DNA from: Patescibacteria group bacterium
Lineage (GTDB): Bacteria; Patescibacteriota; Minisyncoccia; CAIUEV01; JAHKAQ01
Direction: 5' to 3'
Assembly: GCA_034716235.1 (NCBI GenBank)
Contig: JAYEHH010000032.1
Span: 370-64,369, forward strand
Length of the DNA: 64,000 nucleotides
Part shown: positions 38,769 through 48,927 of the stretch, piece by piece
How the letters are laid out: each line of letters starts with the position of its first letter
Numbering within the stretch: the stretch's first letter is position 1
The notes under the pieces: generated by a model
What the model saw: the letters and a program-made list of their open reading frames with translations, nothing else
Told to the model about the DNA's origin: nothing
The model's database searches: none
Program-made: the position numbers and the translations under genes

Positions 38769-41582
38769 ATGAAAAAAATTATTATTCGCGGAGCACGAGA
38801 ACATAATCTCAAGAATGTCAACCTCAAATTACCTCGGGGCAAGTTTATTGTTTTTACAGGAGTTTCTGGTTCAGGCAAATCAACTCTAGCCTTTGATACT
38901 ATTTTTGCTGAAGGTCAAAGACGCTATCTTAAAAGCCTTTCTAGTTATGCCCGTCAATTTCTAAGCCAGGTAGGAAAGCCAGACATGGATTTAATAGAGG
39001 GTCTTTCTCCAACTATATCTATAAATCAAAAGACTGTTGGGCGAAATCCTCGTTCTACCGTAGGAACCGTCACGGAAATATACGATTATTTAAGGCTTCT
39101 CTTTGCTAAAATAGGCACCCCCTTTTGCCCTCGTTGTGGAACAGAAATTAAAAAAAATTCGTTAGAAGAAATAATTAAAGAGATCTCAAAAGAATTTAGA
39201 GAGCGTGCTCAAATTCAAATCTATGCCCCAGTAAATTGTAAAACAAAAGAAGAATGTCAAACCGTTTTGGGTAATCTTTATGAACAAGGTTTCGCTAAAG
39301 TCATTATCAATGGAGAATTAGTAAAGCTCTCTACTTATCGTTTTCTGCAATTCAAAAATCCTGCTCCTTACAAAATGAAAGTTTTAATAGATGAATTAAA
39401 ACTTAATTCTAAAAATTCGGGGAAATTGGCCGAAAGTCTTGAGCGCGCCTTAAGAACAGGGAAAGAAAAAGTTGTAATCACCCAAGGTAAAAAAGTTAAA
39501 AGCTTTGGCCGAAATATGAAGTGTCCCAATTGTGGTTACCGTTTGAAAAAAATTGAGCTAAATTCTTTTTCTTTCAATAGCCCTAACGGAGCTTGTCCCG
39601 TTTGTAACGGTCTTGGAAAACAAATGCAGGTATCTCTTAAGCTAATAATGCCTGACCTTTCTAAAACCATAGGTCAAGGGGGAATTTTTCCTTATAGTTA
39701 TCGTCGTAATAAATATTTCATTCAATTTGTTAATTCAGCGGCTAGAGTTCTAGACATTTCTTTGAATACTCCCTTAGGAAAAATTCCCCGATCCCAACTT
39801 AATAAATTACTTTTGGGGAAAGGAAAACCAATAGTTATAAAAATTAAAGAGGCTCATCACCCTACTAAGGCTCAAGCCGTTACTTTCCCTGGAATAATTA
39901 AGTATCTAGAAAATTATTATCACAACACTGAATCTAAACAAATTAAAAAAGAGATTGAGAAATATATGATTAAGAGAACTTGTCCTGCTTGCCATGGAGC
40001 TCGTCTTAAGCCTGACAGTCTTCTTATAAAAATTAAAGGAAAAAATATAAGCGAAATTGCTAATCGCTCTATTAAAGATTTAATTAAGTTTTTCCGCACG
40101 CTCAAGTTTACTCAGGGGCAAGAGCTGGTTGCTAAACGAATCAAACAAGAAATAGTTAGCCGTCTGACTTTTTTAAATAATGTAGGATTACCGTATTTAA
40201 CTTTAGATCGTTCTTCGGCTACTTTGGCAGGAGGTGAATTTCAAAGAATTCGTTTAGCCAGTCAAGTTGGAACAGAGTTGACAGAAGTAATCTATATTTT
40301 AGACGAACCTTCCATCGGCCTACACGCTAGAGATAACAAAAAATTATTGGCTATTCTAAAAAAATTAAGAGATGCCGGCAATACAGTCATTGTTATTGAG
40401 CATGACAAGGAAACCATGCTTAACGCTGATTGGCTGACCGACATTGGACCTGAAGCTGGAGAAAACGGTGGTAGAATTATAGAAAATGGTCCGTTGAAAA
40501 AAGTTTTACGGAGTAAAAAATCGCTAACGGTTCAATATTTAAAGGGAGAGATTAAAGTTGAGATTCCTCGCAAAAGAAGAACTCCTTCTAAAAAGAAGCT
40601 GATTATTTCGGGAGCTCAAGAGCATAATTTAAAAAATATACAAGTAGAAATACCTTTGGAGGTTATGACTTGTATTACGGGAGTTTCCGGATCGGGGAAG
40701 TCAACTCTAGTTAATAATATTATTCACCGTAAACTGGCTAATTATTTTTATCATTCCATTGCCCAACCGGGAAAACATAGGAAAATAGAAGGATTGCAAT
40801 TTATTGATAAAGTTGTAGGGATAGACCAGTCACCTATTGGACGCACTCCCCGCTCTAATCCGGCAACTTATACCAAGGTGCTTGCTCCCATCAGACAACT
40901 ATTTGCCTCCACTCCGGCTGCTCAAATTAAAGGATTTACTCCCGGTCAGTTTAGCTTCAATATGACAGGTGGTCGTTGTGATAATTGCCAAGGGGCAGGA
41001 TTTCTAAAAGTAGAAATGCAATTTTTGCCAGATGTTTATGTACCTTGTGATGTTTGTAAGGGGAAACGTTTTAAAAAAGAAATTTTAAAGGTAAACTATC
41101 AGGGAAAGAATATAGCTGATGTTTTAGCAATGACGGTCAATGAGGCTGCTCGATTTTTTTATCAGACACCTCAAGTTTACAACATATTAGCGGTAATTCA
41201 AGAAGTGGGTCTGGGTTACATTAAACTAGGACAATCGGCCACCACTCTTTCTGGGGGAGAAGCTCAGCGAATTAAGTTAGCTTCTGAACTGGCCAAGAAA
41301 CCAACCAATAAAACTTTCTACATTCTGGATGAGCCGACAACCGGCCTTCATTTTGAAGATATTAAAAAATTGCTAACCGTTATCCAAAAATTGGTTGATC
41401 AAAAAAATACCGTTTTAATGATTGAGCATAATTTAGATGTTATAAAATCAGCCGATTGGATTATTGATCTTGGGCCAGAAGGTGGCGAACAAGGTGGTAA
41501 AATTGTTGCTCAGGGAGCACCAGAAAAAATTATTAAAAACGCTAAAAGCTATACTGGAAAATATCTTAAGGGATATCTTTAA
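38769..41582 (+). CDS. uvrA: excinuclease ABC subunit A
   Basis: 937 aa. It has two ABC ATPase modules (GVSGSGKST twice, LSGGE.QRI.LA twice) and zinc-finger Cys clusters. Confidence 0.95.
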   Translation: MKKIIIRGAREHNLKNVNLKLPRGKFIVFTGVSGSGKSTLAFDTIFAEGQRRYLKSLSSYARQFLSQVGKPDMDLIEGLSPTISINQKTVGRNPRSTVGTVTEIYDYLRLLFAKIGTPFCPRCGTEIKKNSLEEIIKEISKEFRERAQIQIYAPVNCKTKEECQTVLGNLYEQGFAKVIINGELVKLSTYRFLQFKNPAPYKMKVLIDELKLNSKNSGKLAESLERALRTGKEKVVITQGKKVKSFGRNMKCPNCGYRLKKIELNSFSFNSPNGACPVCNGLGKQMQVSLKLIMPDLSKTIGQGGIFPYSYRRNKYFIQFVNSAARVLDISLNTPLGKIPRSQLNKLLLGKGKPIVIKIKEAHHPTKAQAVTFPGIIKYLENYYHNTESKQIKKEIEKYMIKRTCPACHGARLKPDSLLIKIKGKNISEIANRSIKDLIKFFRTLKFTQGQELVAKRIKQEIVSRLTFLNNVGLPYLTLDRSSATLAGGEFQRIRLASQVGTELTEVIYILDEPSIGLHARDNKKLLAILKKLRDAGNTVIVIEHDKETMLNADWLTDIGPEAGENGGRIIENGPLKKVLRSKKSLTVQYLKGEIKVEIPRKRRTPSKKKLIISGAQEHNLKNIQVEIPLEVMTCITGVSGSGKSTLVNNIIHRKLANYFYHSIAQPGKHRKIEGLQFIDKVVGIDQSPIGRTPRSNPATYTKVLAPIRQLFASTPAAQIKGFTPGQFSFNMTGGRCDNCQGAGFLKVEMQFLPDVYVPCDVCKGKRFKKEILKVNYQGKNIADVLAMTVNEAARFFYQTPQVYNILAVIQEVGLGYIKLGQSATTLSGGEAQRIKLASELAKKPTNKTFYILDEPTTGLHFEDIKKLLTVIQKLVDQKNTVLMIEHNLDVIKSADWIIDLGPEGGEQGGKIVAQGAPEKIIKNAKSYTGKYLKGYL

Positions 41583-41625
41583 AGTTTTTGATTATTATGG
41601 TACAGTAGAAATGAGTTCATAAAGT

Positions 41626-41648
41626 GACTAGCTACTAAGTAGCTAGTC
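41626..41648 (+). terminator. palindrome gactagctact-a-agtagctagtc downstream of uvrA (possible terminator hairpin; no T-run)
   Basis: An 11-nt perfect inverted repeat lies 44 nt after the uvrA stop and abuts the MITE-like repeat. Confidence 0.25.
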
Positions 41649-41842
41649 ATTCCCGTGCCTGTCTGCCGTGAGGTAGAAAGGCAGGAATCCCGGTACGTCT
41701 AGACAATTCCTTGCCAAGTTAGTTTCTTCTAAATTTGCTTGGGACCCCCGCTGGAGTTTATCCCGTACTTGATACGGGGCGGGAATGACAGGGGAAAAAG
41801 CTGGTTGGAGTTTTACCCAGTAGATGTGGGACGGGAATGACC
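41646..41842 (-). repeat. GC-rich MITE-like repeat, copy 2 (inverted relative to copy 1, with ~50-nt extra segment)
   Basis: The reverse complement of 41646-41789 aligns with 1080-1225 (…cccgccccgtatcaagtacgggataaactccagcggg…gtctagacgtaccgggattcc…ggcacgggaatgac). An additional outer terminus, ggtcattcccgtc, lies at 41842. Confidence 0.65.
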
Positions 41843-41894
41843 ATAAACTAGTTACAATCAATGCCTTTTAAAAACAAAAAATAATTAATTAACC

Positions 41895-42266
41895 ATGCTA
41901 GGAGTTGTTTCTTATTATTTCGCAAGTCTTTCAACAAAAGTAAGCAGTTGGACAATTAAACTTTTATTTTTTTGGTTAATTGAAGGACCTAAAAAATATT
42001 GGAAAAAAGTTTTTACTCTCTCAGTCGCCTTTGAAAGTGTTTGGGCTACTTTAATAACTTTCCGTTATTTTTTCAAACCTCTCTACCAAGATTATTCTAT
42101 CATTGGCCGAATTATTGGTCCCCTTTTTAGATTGGGACGCATACTCATAGGCATTGGCATGCATTTTGTTCTGTTAGCTAGTTATACTGTTGTCTTTTTA
42201 GGATTGTGTTTTGTCTGTTGGGGGGCACCGTTTTTCTTTATTATAAATTTATTCATTTGGCATTAA
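41895..42266 (+). CDS. hypothetical small membrane protein
   Basis: 123 aa with 3-4 hydrophobic segments. No family recognised. Confidence 0.45.
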   Translation: MLGVVSYYFASLSTKVSSWTIKLLFFWLIEGPKKYWKKVFTLSVAFESVWATLITFRYFFKPLYQDYSIIGRIIGPLFRLGRILIGIGMHFVLLASYTVVFLGLCFVCWGAPFFFIINLFIWH

Positions 42267-42305
42267 AAATTAATCCGTTTTTTAAATAGCTAGTTTCACC
42301 ATTTT

Positions 42306-45047
42306 ATGCAATCAACAAAACCTAAAATAAAACCAATAAGTTGTTCTCAGTGCAAAGGAGCTGGTTGGATTGGAGAAATGAACAATACTTGCCCTGCTTG
42401 CAAGGGAATTGGCTATGCAGAAGAAGTGCGTGGAGTCCAACTTTATTGGGGAAGAAAGATGCGAGGCATGCCCCCTTCCCTTAGAAAATCTCTGGCTAAT
42501 TTTTCTTGGATTGTTAAAACAGTGACTTCTAGTCTTTGTGCCCTATTTATTTTCATTGGATTGATAAATTTGATTGATAATCTCAAAGGACATCCCAATT
42601 TGACCTTTGACTTTAATTTAATTTTTGACATTTTCTTCGCCGGCTATGCCACGGCCCCTCTCTGGCTAGGGATTGTATTATTAATAATTCTTTATTTCCA
42701 CAAAGCTATTTATCAAAAACCAGAAATTATCTCTTTTGATAATCCATACTATTCTTTCGTTTTAACCGAAAATTTAAATGAGATAGCCAAACCTAGTACC
42801 TCCACAATAGATATCTCCAAGTCAGCAAGTACAGCCACAATAAAGGTAATCAATACTGCTTTAGATTCAGCTCTTAAACACAAACAAAATCCTCACTTGA
42901 TTCATCTACTTTTTTCCTTGATGCAGAATAAAGAGATAGTAGAGTTATTTTTTAAACTAGAGATACCACCGAAAGCTTTTTTAGAAGATGTCGCTAAAGT
43001 GTTGGGAAAAATAGAACCACTAAATGCCTCTGCAGCTTTAAATGGTAACTTTAAAAAATACTTGCTAAAAACTTTCTGGAGCGCCCTGACCGCTGAAAGC
43101 TCTTTTATAAAACCGGCTCACCTCTTACTGGCCATTATGGAATCTAGAGATTTAAAGCAAGTACTCAACAAATATGCTGTTAAGGCAGATGACTTCCAAA
43201 ATATTTTACTTTGGATGAAATATAAGAACATAAGATCGACCAACTTCTTGAGCAGGGATTCTTTTCAAAAGCCTCCTCACCATATTATGAATAGAAGTTG
43301 GAGTGCGACAGTCACTAAGACATTAGATCAATTCAGTACCGACATAACCGATTATGCCCGAGTAGGAATGTTGCTTCCACTTGTTAATAGAAAGCGAGAA
43401 ATAAGAATGATAACTCGGGTTCTTCAGCGAAGTGCTAAAAACAATGCCTTAATTATTGGCGAGGAAGGAAGCGGACGAGATGCTATTGTTAGAGGAATAG
43501 CTCGTAAAATAATCAAAAATGAAGTTCCTTCTTCTTTATTTGATAAAAGAATTGTTAAATTAAATTTGGGAGCTTTAGGAACTGGCTCTGATGGTGAACT
43601 CTTGAAAAGAAGGATTGAGGTCATAATGCAGGAAGTGGTCCGAACTCAAAATGTAATTATTTATATTCCCAATATTCACGAATTGGCCAAGATTCAAAAT
43701 TCTGCCTCCTTAGATATAATTAGTTTTCTAACTCCTCTTTTTTCTAAAAGAGTTATCCAAATTATTGGATCTACAACCCCTCAAGCCTATCGAGAAATTG
43801 TTGAGCCTCGGGGAGGATTCTCTCAGACTTTTGATATTATAAAAGTAAAAGAACTATCACCGGAACATTCCTTGAAAGTTCTTTCCATTCAAGTTCCTCT
43901 ACTAGAAAGAGAAAACAATGTTTTAATTTCTTATCGGGCTTGCCAAGAAGCTATTCAACAATCCAACCAATTCATTGTTAATCGCCTACTACCTCAAAAA
44001 GCTCTGAATGTTTTAACGGAAGCTATTGTGCGAGCCAAAGATGTGAAGGGAAAGAATTTAGTGACCGAAGCAGAAATTCAAGAAGTATTTTCTGAAAAGA
44101 CGGGCATCCCCATTACAAAAATTGGACAAGGAGAAGCTGAAGAATTATTGAAACTAGAAACAAAAATTAGAGCCAAGGTGGTTGGACAAGAGCTGGCCGT
44201 AAAAAATGTAGCGGACGCAATCCGAAGAATGAGGGTGCGCATTGGCGAAAAAGAAAGACCGATAGCTGTTTTTATGTTTCTGGGCCCCACAGGAGTTGGC
44301 AAGACTGAATTAGCTAAAACTTTAGCGGAAATATACTTTAAATCTCGTAAGAATATGATTCGTATTGATATGAGTGAATTATCCAGCCCTTATGATGTAG
44401 AACGAATGATTGGCGGTCCTAATAGCAATAGGGCTGGATTATTAACTGGCAAGGTGCGTCGCAACCCTTTCTCTCTGATTTTGTTAGATGAATTTGAGAA
44501 AGCCGATCGTGCTATCTGGGATATCTTCCTGCAAATTTTTGATGACGGCCGGGTAACAGACGGGAAAGGAAGGGTAGTAAATTTCACCAACACAATTATT
44601 ATTGCTACTTCCAATGTGGGCTCAAGAATAATTTTGGAAAAACTTCAAGGAGGCCAAAGTAATAAAATAATTAAAGCATTAGTTAAAACAGAACTCTTGA
44701 AAATATTCCGCCCTGAATTTTTGAACCGCTTTGATGACATTATAACTTTCAATGCTCTTTCTCATGAAAATATTAAACAAATAGCAAAATTAGAGCTCAA
44801 GTCTCTTAATAAGAGATTAGAGGAAGAACAAGGAATTACCATAAAATTAACAGACGAAGCTCTGGATTATTTAGCCAAGATAGGTTATAGTCCTGAATTC
44901 GGAGCTCGCTTTCTTAAAAGAACCATCCGAGAAAAGATTGAAGATGTTCTGGTGATTGGTATTTTGAAGAAACAGCATAACCGAGGAGATATTGTTACTA
45001 TAACGAGAGAAATGCTAGAGAAACCAGGAAGAGTAGAAGGTTCATAA
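42306..45047 (+). CDS. atypical membrane-anchored Clp/Hsp100-type AAA+ ATPase (DnaJ-type zinc finger + 2 TM + Clp-N-like + degenerate D1 + intact D2)
   Basis: 913 aa. The N-terminus has CSQCKGAGW....CPACKGIGY (two CxxCxGxG). Hydrophobic segments lie at ~aa 64-90 and 105-132. AHLLLAIMESRD is Clp-N-like. D1 Walker A reads GEEGSGRD (not GxxGxGKT) and D1 Walker B reads IIYIPNIHEL (not DE). D2 is intact (LGPTGVGKTELAKTLA, ILLDEFEKA, sensor-2 GARFLKR). No IGF/LGF ClpP loop or ClpB M-domain was seen. Confidence 0.75.
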   Translation: MQSTKPKIKPISCSQCKGAGWIGEMNNTCPACKGIGYAEEVRGVQLYWGRKMRGMPPSLRKSLANFSWIVKTVTSSLCALFIFIGLINLIDNLKGHPNLTFDFNLIFDIFFAGYATAPLWLGIVLLIILYFHKAIYQKPEIISFDNPYYSFVLTENLNEIAKPSTSTIDISKSASTATIKVINTALDSALKHKQNPHLIHLLFSLMQNKEIVELFFKLEIPPKAFLEDVAKVLGKIEPLNASAALNGNFKKYLLKTFWSALTAESSFIKPAHLLLAIMESRDLKQVLNKYAVKADDFQNILLWMKYKNIRSTNFLSRDSFQKPPHHIMNRSWSATVTKTLDQFSTDITDYARVGMLLPLVNRKREIRMITRVLQRSAKNNALIIGEEGSGRDAIVRGIARKIIKNEVPSSLFDKRIVKLNLGALGTGSDGELLKRRIEVIMQEVVRTQNVIIYIPNIHELAKIQNSASLDIISFLTPLFSKRVIQIIGSTTPQAYREIVEPRGGFSQTFDIIKVKELSPEHSLKVLSIQVPLLERENNVLISYRACQEAIQQSNQFIVNRLLPQKALNVLTEAIVRAKDVKGKNLVTEAEIQEVFSEKTGIPITKIGQGEAEELLKLETKIRAKVVGQELAVKNVADAIRRMRVRIGEKERPIAVFMFLGPTGVGKTELAKTLAEIYFKSRKNMIRIDMSELSSPYDVERMIGGPNSNRAGLLTGKVRRNPFSLILLDEFEKADRAIWDIFLQIFDDGRVTDGKGRVVNFTNTIIIATSNVGSRIILEKLQGGQSNKIIKALVKTELLKIFRPEFLNRFDDIITFNALSHENIKQIAKLELKSLNKRLEEEQGITIKLTDEALDYLAKIGYSPEFGARFLKRTIREKIEDVLVIGILKKQHNRGDIVTITREMLEKPGRVEGS

Positions 45048-45157
45048 AGTTCATAAAGTTTGTAAAGTTCGTAAAGTTTTCAGGGTTAAGAATAGCGAGA
45101 TAAAGACTTGATAACTTTATAAACTTTACAGACTTTTCACTTTCTAACTTTATAACC
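45040..45157. repeat. palindromic array of 9-nt words (gttcataaa x2, gtttgtaaa, gttcgtaaa ... inverted aactttata/aactttaca words)
   Basis: The 9-nt period was read directly from the sequence. The first unit supplies the last codons and the TAA stop of the Clp-like gene, and TAA then recurs in frame every third codon. The right arm is the inverted complement and ends 4 nt before the tsaD GTG. Confidence 0.7.
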
Positions 45158-45161
45158 TCTC

Positions 45162-46238
45162 GTGAATATCTTATCCATCGAAACATCTTGTGATGAAACT
45201 GCTTTCGCTATTGGAGCCGTGCAAAACGGTCATTTTAAGCTTTTAGCAAACACCGTCTCATCTCAAGTCAAAGTTCATCAAAAATTCGGTGGTGTGGTTC
45301 CTAATTTATCTGCCAGAGAACACTTAAAAAATTTCAAGCCACTGCTAGATAAAACATTGACTCAAGCTGGTATTCCCCTCAAAGAAATTGATTGTTTTAG
45401 TGTTGCTCCCGGTCCGGGACTTATTCCGGCTCTTTTAGTAGGAACATCTATCGCTAAAACTTTAGCCTTTTATCATCAGAAACCCTTAGTTCCCATTCAT
45501 CATTTAGAAGGACACACTTACGCTACTTGGCTAAAGAAAAATGGAGAGTTGAGAGATGACATTGCTTTTCCCGCTTTGGTTTTAATAGTTTCCGGAGGAC
45601 ATACCCAACTAATGCTGATGCAAGACCATTTGCATTACGAAATACTCGGCAGAACTTTGGACGATGCAGTTGGAGAAGCTTTTGACAAAGTGGCTAGAAT
45701 TTTAGAATTAGGTTACCCCGGAGGTCCTTTGATTGAAAAAATAGCTCAAAAAGGTAATCCAGAAAAGTTTCAACTTCCTAGACCGATGATCAATTCTGAT
45801 AATTTAGATTTTAGTTTCTCGGGATTAAAAACTGCCGTCCTTTATGTCGTGAAAGAATATCTTGAGAAAAAGGAAATGGTCCCGACCGCTGATATGGCCG
45901 CTTCTTTTGAGCAAGCCGTTGTTGATACCTTAATAGCCAAAACGCAAAAAGCGGTTAATACTTACAACCCTCAGTCATTAATTTTGGCAGGAGGAGTAGC
46001 TGCTAATACAAAAATAAGGGAAGCTTTTATTGAAATTGCTCAGAAACGAAACAAAGCAAAAGAATACTCAAATTACTATCCCCTACAAGCTTACGTCCCA
46101 GAATTAAAATTCTGCGGTGACAACGCTGCCATGCAATTACCGGCAGTATTTTTTAGATTAGAAAAGTATGGGAAGAAGAAGTATCGGGAGGGGTGGAGAG
46201 ATGTGGAGGCTGAGGCTAATTGGGGGCTCAGTTCATAA
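45162..46238 (+). CDS. tsaD: tRNA N6-adenosine threonylcarbamoyltransferase
   Basis: 358 aa. It has the N-terminal ILSIETSCDETA, HHLEGH and GGVAAN motifs of TsaD/Kae1. The start codon is GTG. Confidence 0.92.
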   Translation: MNILSIETSCDETAFAIGAVQNGHFKLLANTVSSQVKVHQKFGGVVPNLSAREHLKNFKPLLDKTLTQAGIPLKEIDCFSVAPGPGLIPALLVGTSIAKTLAFYHQKPLVPIHHLEGHTYATWLKKNGELRDDIAFPALVLIVSGGHTQLMLMQDHLHYEILGRTLDDAVGEAFDKVARILELGYPGGPLIEKIAQKGNPEKFQLPRPMINSDNLDFSFSGLKTAVLYVVKEYLEKKEMVPTADMAASFEQAVVDTLIAKTQKAVNTYNPQSLILAGGVAANTKIREAFIEIAQKRNKAKEYSNYYPLQAYVPELKFCGDNAAMQLPAVFFRLEKYGKKKYREGWRDVEAEANWGLSS

Positions 46239-46443
46239 AGTTGAAAAGTTTAGATAATTGATAATTGACAATGGATAATTGATAATTAATGAATAATGAA
46301 TATCTTAAATAATTTTTCACCCAGAGGGTGATCCGCCTTCGGCGAGACAAGCCAGCCAGCCTCGCCGAGTCTAGGCGGGCCTCTGGCTGGCAATTAAGGA
46401 ATACTTTATAAACTTTACGAACCTTCTAACTTAACCATGAAGG
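46239..46443. repeat. mosaic repeat block at the left island flank (cataaagtt words, gataattga words, GC-rich core 46317-46391, ctttataaactttacgaacc words)
   Basis: The GC-rich core tcacccagagggtgatccgccttcggcgagacaagccagccagcc is the reverse complement of 1235-1279. The word arrays match those at 1280-1330, 45040-45157 and 56137-56160. Confidence 0.65.
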
Positions 46444-46516
46444 CTTTATTAAATGGGTGGGAAGTGGTTTAATAAAAAGAGATAGAGAATAAGAATTATA
46501 TAATTAATTACTTATA
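46444..46516 (+). repeat. island direct repeat, full unit A (73 nt)
   Basis: ctttattaaatgggtgggaagtggtttaataaaaagagatagagaataagaattatataattaattacttata is ~80% identical by eye to 55963-56037. It ends 9 nt before the ATG at 46526. Confidence 0.75.
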
Positions 46517-46525
46517 TTTAAAATT

Positions 46526-48343
46526 ATGCCAAATTATTTCGTCAATCAAAGAAATATTAGTGCGTTACTTCAAAACATTAAGGACGAAGATATTGTAATC
46601 CCAGAAATTCAGAGACCTTTTGTTTGGGAGAGTAAAAAAGTTCGTAATCTTATGGACTCATTGTATCAGGAATTTCCAATAGGTTATATTATTACATGGA
46701 AAAATCCAAATATAAGACTAAAAAATGGAAGAATGAGCGAGGGAAAACAAGTTATAATAGATGGACAACAAAGAATTACCGCTTTAATGGCTGCGATCTT
46801 GGGACGAGAAATTATAGACAAAGAGTATCAAAAAAAGAGGATTCGGATTTCCTTTAATCCATTGAAAGAAAAGTTTGAAACATTAACTCCTGTTATTGAA
46901 AAAAATAGTGAATGGATAAGCGATATTTCAGAATTTTTTAAAACTAGAAATAATATTTTTAATTTTACTGCTAATTTTTGTAAAAAAAATAATTTTACCG
47001 AAAAACAAAAAATCAAGACTCAGCAAAGTCTAACAAAATTACTAAACATGGAGGATAAGTTTATTGGAATTATTGAGCTTGATGCAAATTTAGATATTGA
47101 TGATGTAACGGAAATATTTGTTAGAATTAATGATGCTGGGACTCCCCTTTCACAAGCAGATTTTGCAATGAGTAAAATTGCCTCATACGAACCAACATCA
47201 GACCATTTGTTTGGAGTGAATTTAAGAAAGTCTATTGATTATTTTGCTCATCTATCTCAAACACCACATTTTCTTGAAGATATTGGAAGAAACGATAAAG
47301 AGTTTAGCCGAACAGAATATTTGCTAAAAATGAAATGGGCCGGGAAGGAATTGGATAATATATATAATCCAAACTATAAGGATATTTTAAGAGTAAGTTT
47401 CATTAAGGAATTTAATAGAGGGAAAATTAGCGATCTTGTGAAGCTTTTATCTGGACAAAATTTTAAAACAAGAAATTATGATCAAAAAATACAAGAGAAA
47501 TCATTCTTGGCTTTAAAAAATGGAGTCCTTGACTTTATAAATGAAAATCATTTTAAGAAATTCCTTATTATTTTACAATCAGCTGGAATTATTGATTCAA
47601 AACTTATTAATTCACAGAGCGTTCTAAATTTTGCCTATATTGTCTATTTAAAACTTAGAAAAGATGGAATGGCAAATAATTTAATTGGGAAATATACAAA
47701 AAAATGGCTTGTTCTTTCAATTTTGACTGAAAGATATTCAGCCTCACCAGAATCTACGATGGATAAGGATATTAAAGATATTAATAAATATGGAATTAAA
47801 AAAGTTATTGCAAAGATTGAAGAGGCGGACATGTCATCAACTTATTGGAATATTGGACTTGTACAAAATTTAAACAGGGCGATAATTTCAAGCCCATTTT
47901 TAAGCCTCTTTTTTATAGCACAGATATGCTCTAAGGATAAAGCTTTATTCTCCGAATCGGTTTTAATCGATCAACTCGTTAGCATAAAAGGAGACGTCCA
48001 TCATATTTTCCCCAAAAATTATCTTCAAAAAGCAGGGTTTGGAATAAGTAAATATAATCAAATTGCAAATTTTGTTTATTTACAACAAGAAGTAAATATA
48101 ACAATAGGAGATAAACCACCAGGACAATATTTTAGCCGAGCATTGAATCAATGTGATAATAAAACTTTGGATAGTGGAAGTATTGGAGAAATTACAGACA
48201 AGAAAAAATTGATAAAAAATTTAGAAATAAATTCTATCCCAACTGATATTTTTGAAATGGATATTACTAATTATGATGAATTTTTAGAAAAAAGACGGAA
48301 ATTAATGGCAAAGAAAATTGAAAAGTTTTATAAAAGTTTATAG
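46526..48343 (+). CDS. GmrSD-type modification-dependent (type IV) restriction enzyme, DUF262 + DUF1524
   Basis: 605 aa. The N-terminal DUF262 has IPEIQRPFVW, EFPIGYII and IIDGQQRITAL. The C-terminal His-Me/HNH-like DUF1524 has GDVHHIFPKNYL...NFVYLQQEVNITIGDK. Confidence 0.8.
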   Translation: MPNYFVNQRNISALLQNIKDEDIVIPEIQRPFVWESKKVRNLMDSLYQEFPIGYIITWKNPNIRLKNGRMSEGKQVIIDGQQRITALMAAILGREIIDKEYQKKRIRISFNPLKEKFETLTPVIEKNSEWISDISEFFKTRNNIFNFTANFCKKNNFTEKQKIKTQQSLTKLLNMEDKFIGIIELDANLDIDDVTEIFVRINDAGTPLSQADFAMSKIASYEPTSDHLFGVNLRKSIDYFAHLSQTPHFLEDIGRNDKEFSRTEYLLKMKWAGKELDNIYNPNYKDILRVSFIKEFNRGKISDLVKLLSGQNFKTRNYDQKIQEKSFLALKNGVLDFINENHFKKFLIILQSAGIIDSKLINSQSVLNFAYIVYLKLRKDGMANNLIGKYTKKWLVLSILTERYSASPESTMDKDIKDINKYGIKKVIAKIEEADMSSTYWNIGLVQNLNRAIISSPFLSLFFIAQICSKDKALFSESVLIDQLVSIKGDVHHIFPKNYLQKAGFGISKYNQIANFVYLQQEVNITIGDKPPGQYFSRALNQCDNKTLDSGSIGEITDKKKLIKNLEINSIPTDIFEMDITNYDEFLEKRRKLMAKKIEKFYKSL

Positions 48344-48375
48344 TAATAATTTTCTAATCAGAGAGCAGAAAGCTC

Positions 48376-48777
48376 TTACTCCTTATCAGGCAATCTATCA
48401 TCTTTTTTTCTTTGATAATAAGTATTCTTATTTAAACATCTGTTTATAATATTTTCCATGTGCCAATAAGTGTAATTGCCATATCTAAAATAAATCTGTT
48501 TTGTTTTGTAAAAATAATCCTCGTATCCTGACTGGTCAATGTAATTAGCAAGCTCTAAGTATAATTTGTTATCAACTTTTTCTTGGACAATATATTCATG
48601 GGGCCATGTTTTAGCATAAGTTTTTGCAGGCGTCCAATTAGAATTTTTAATAAATAATTTTAAATTATTGGGGAGTAGTACTCTATCAAACATCGCCTTT
48701 ATTTTTTTACTATGAAGAAATATTAAAACCTTTTTGATTGTAGCTATAGTATTGTTGATTACTTTAGTTTCATCCAT
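48376..48777 (-). CDS. hypothetical protein (WTPAKTY..WPHEYIV motif)
   Basis: 133-aa ORF convergent with the GmrSD gene. It is rich in aromatic residues (YFYKTKQIYFRYGNYTYWHM). No family could be named. Confidence 0.45.
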   Translation of the reverse strand: MDETKVINNTIATIKKVLIFLHSKKIKAMFDRVLLPNNLKLFIKNSNWTPAKTYAKTWPHEYIVQEKVDNKLYLELANYIDQSGYEDYFYKTKQIYFRYGNYTYWHMENIINRCLNKNTYYQRKKDDRLPDKE

Positions 48778-48927
48778 GCTGAATCTAAAGTGGATTCCAT
48801 AAGTTGCATATTCTTTTAATCAAAAATACATTATTTATTTCAATAAGTATAGTAAGTTATAATTTAAAATAGCTGAACAGAATTCTTAATTTATAATCTA
48901 GAATTTGTAATCTAAAATCTCTCAAGA

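Noticed and set aside
45040-45157. Possible CRISPR array (also the 13-nt tandem attcaaaataata at 56057..56092 and the aattgaaaatt arrays).
   Set aside because: The units are only 9-13 nt long, contiguous and without spacers, and partly palindromic. No cas genes are present; the Cas4-like protein at 53132 is stand-alone.
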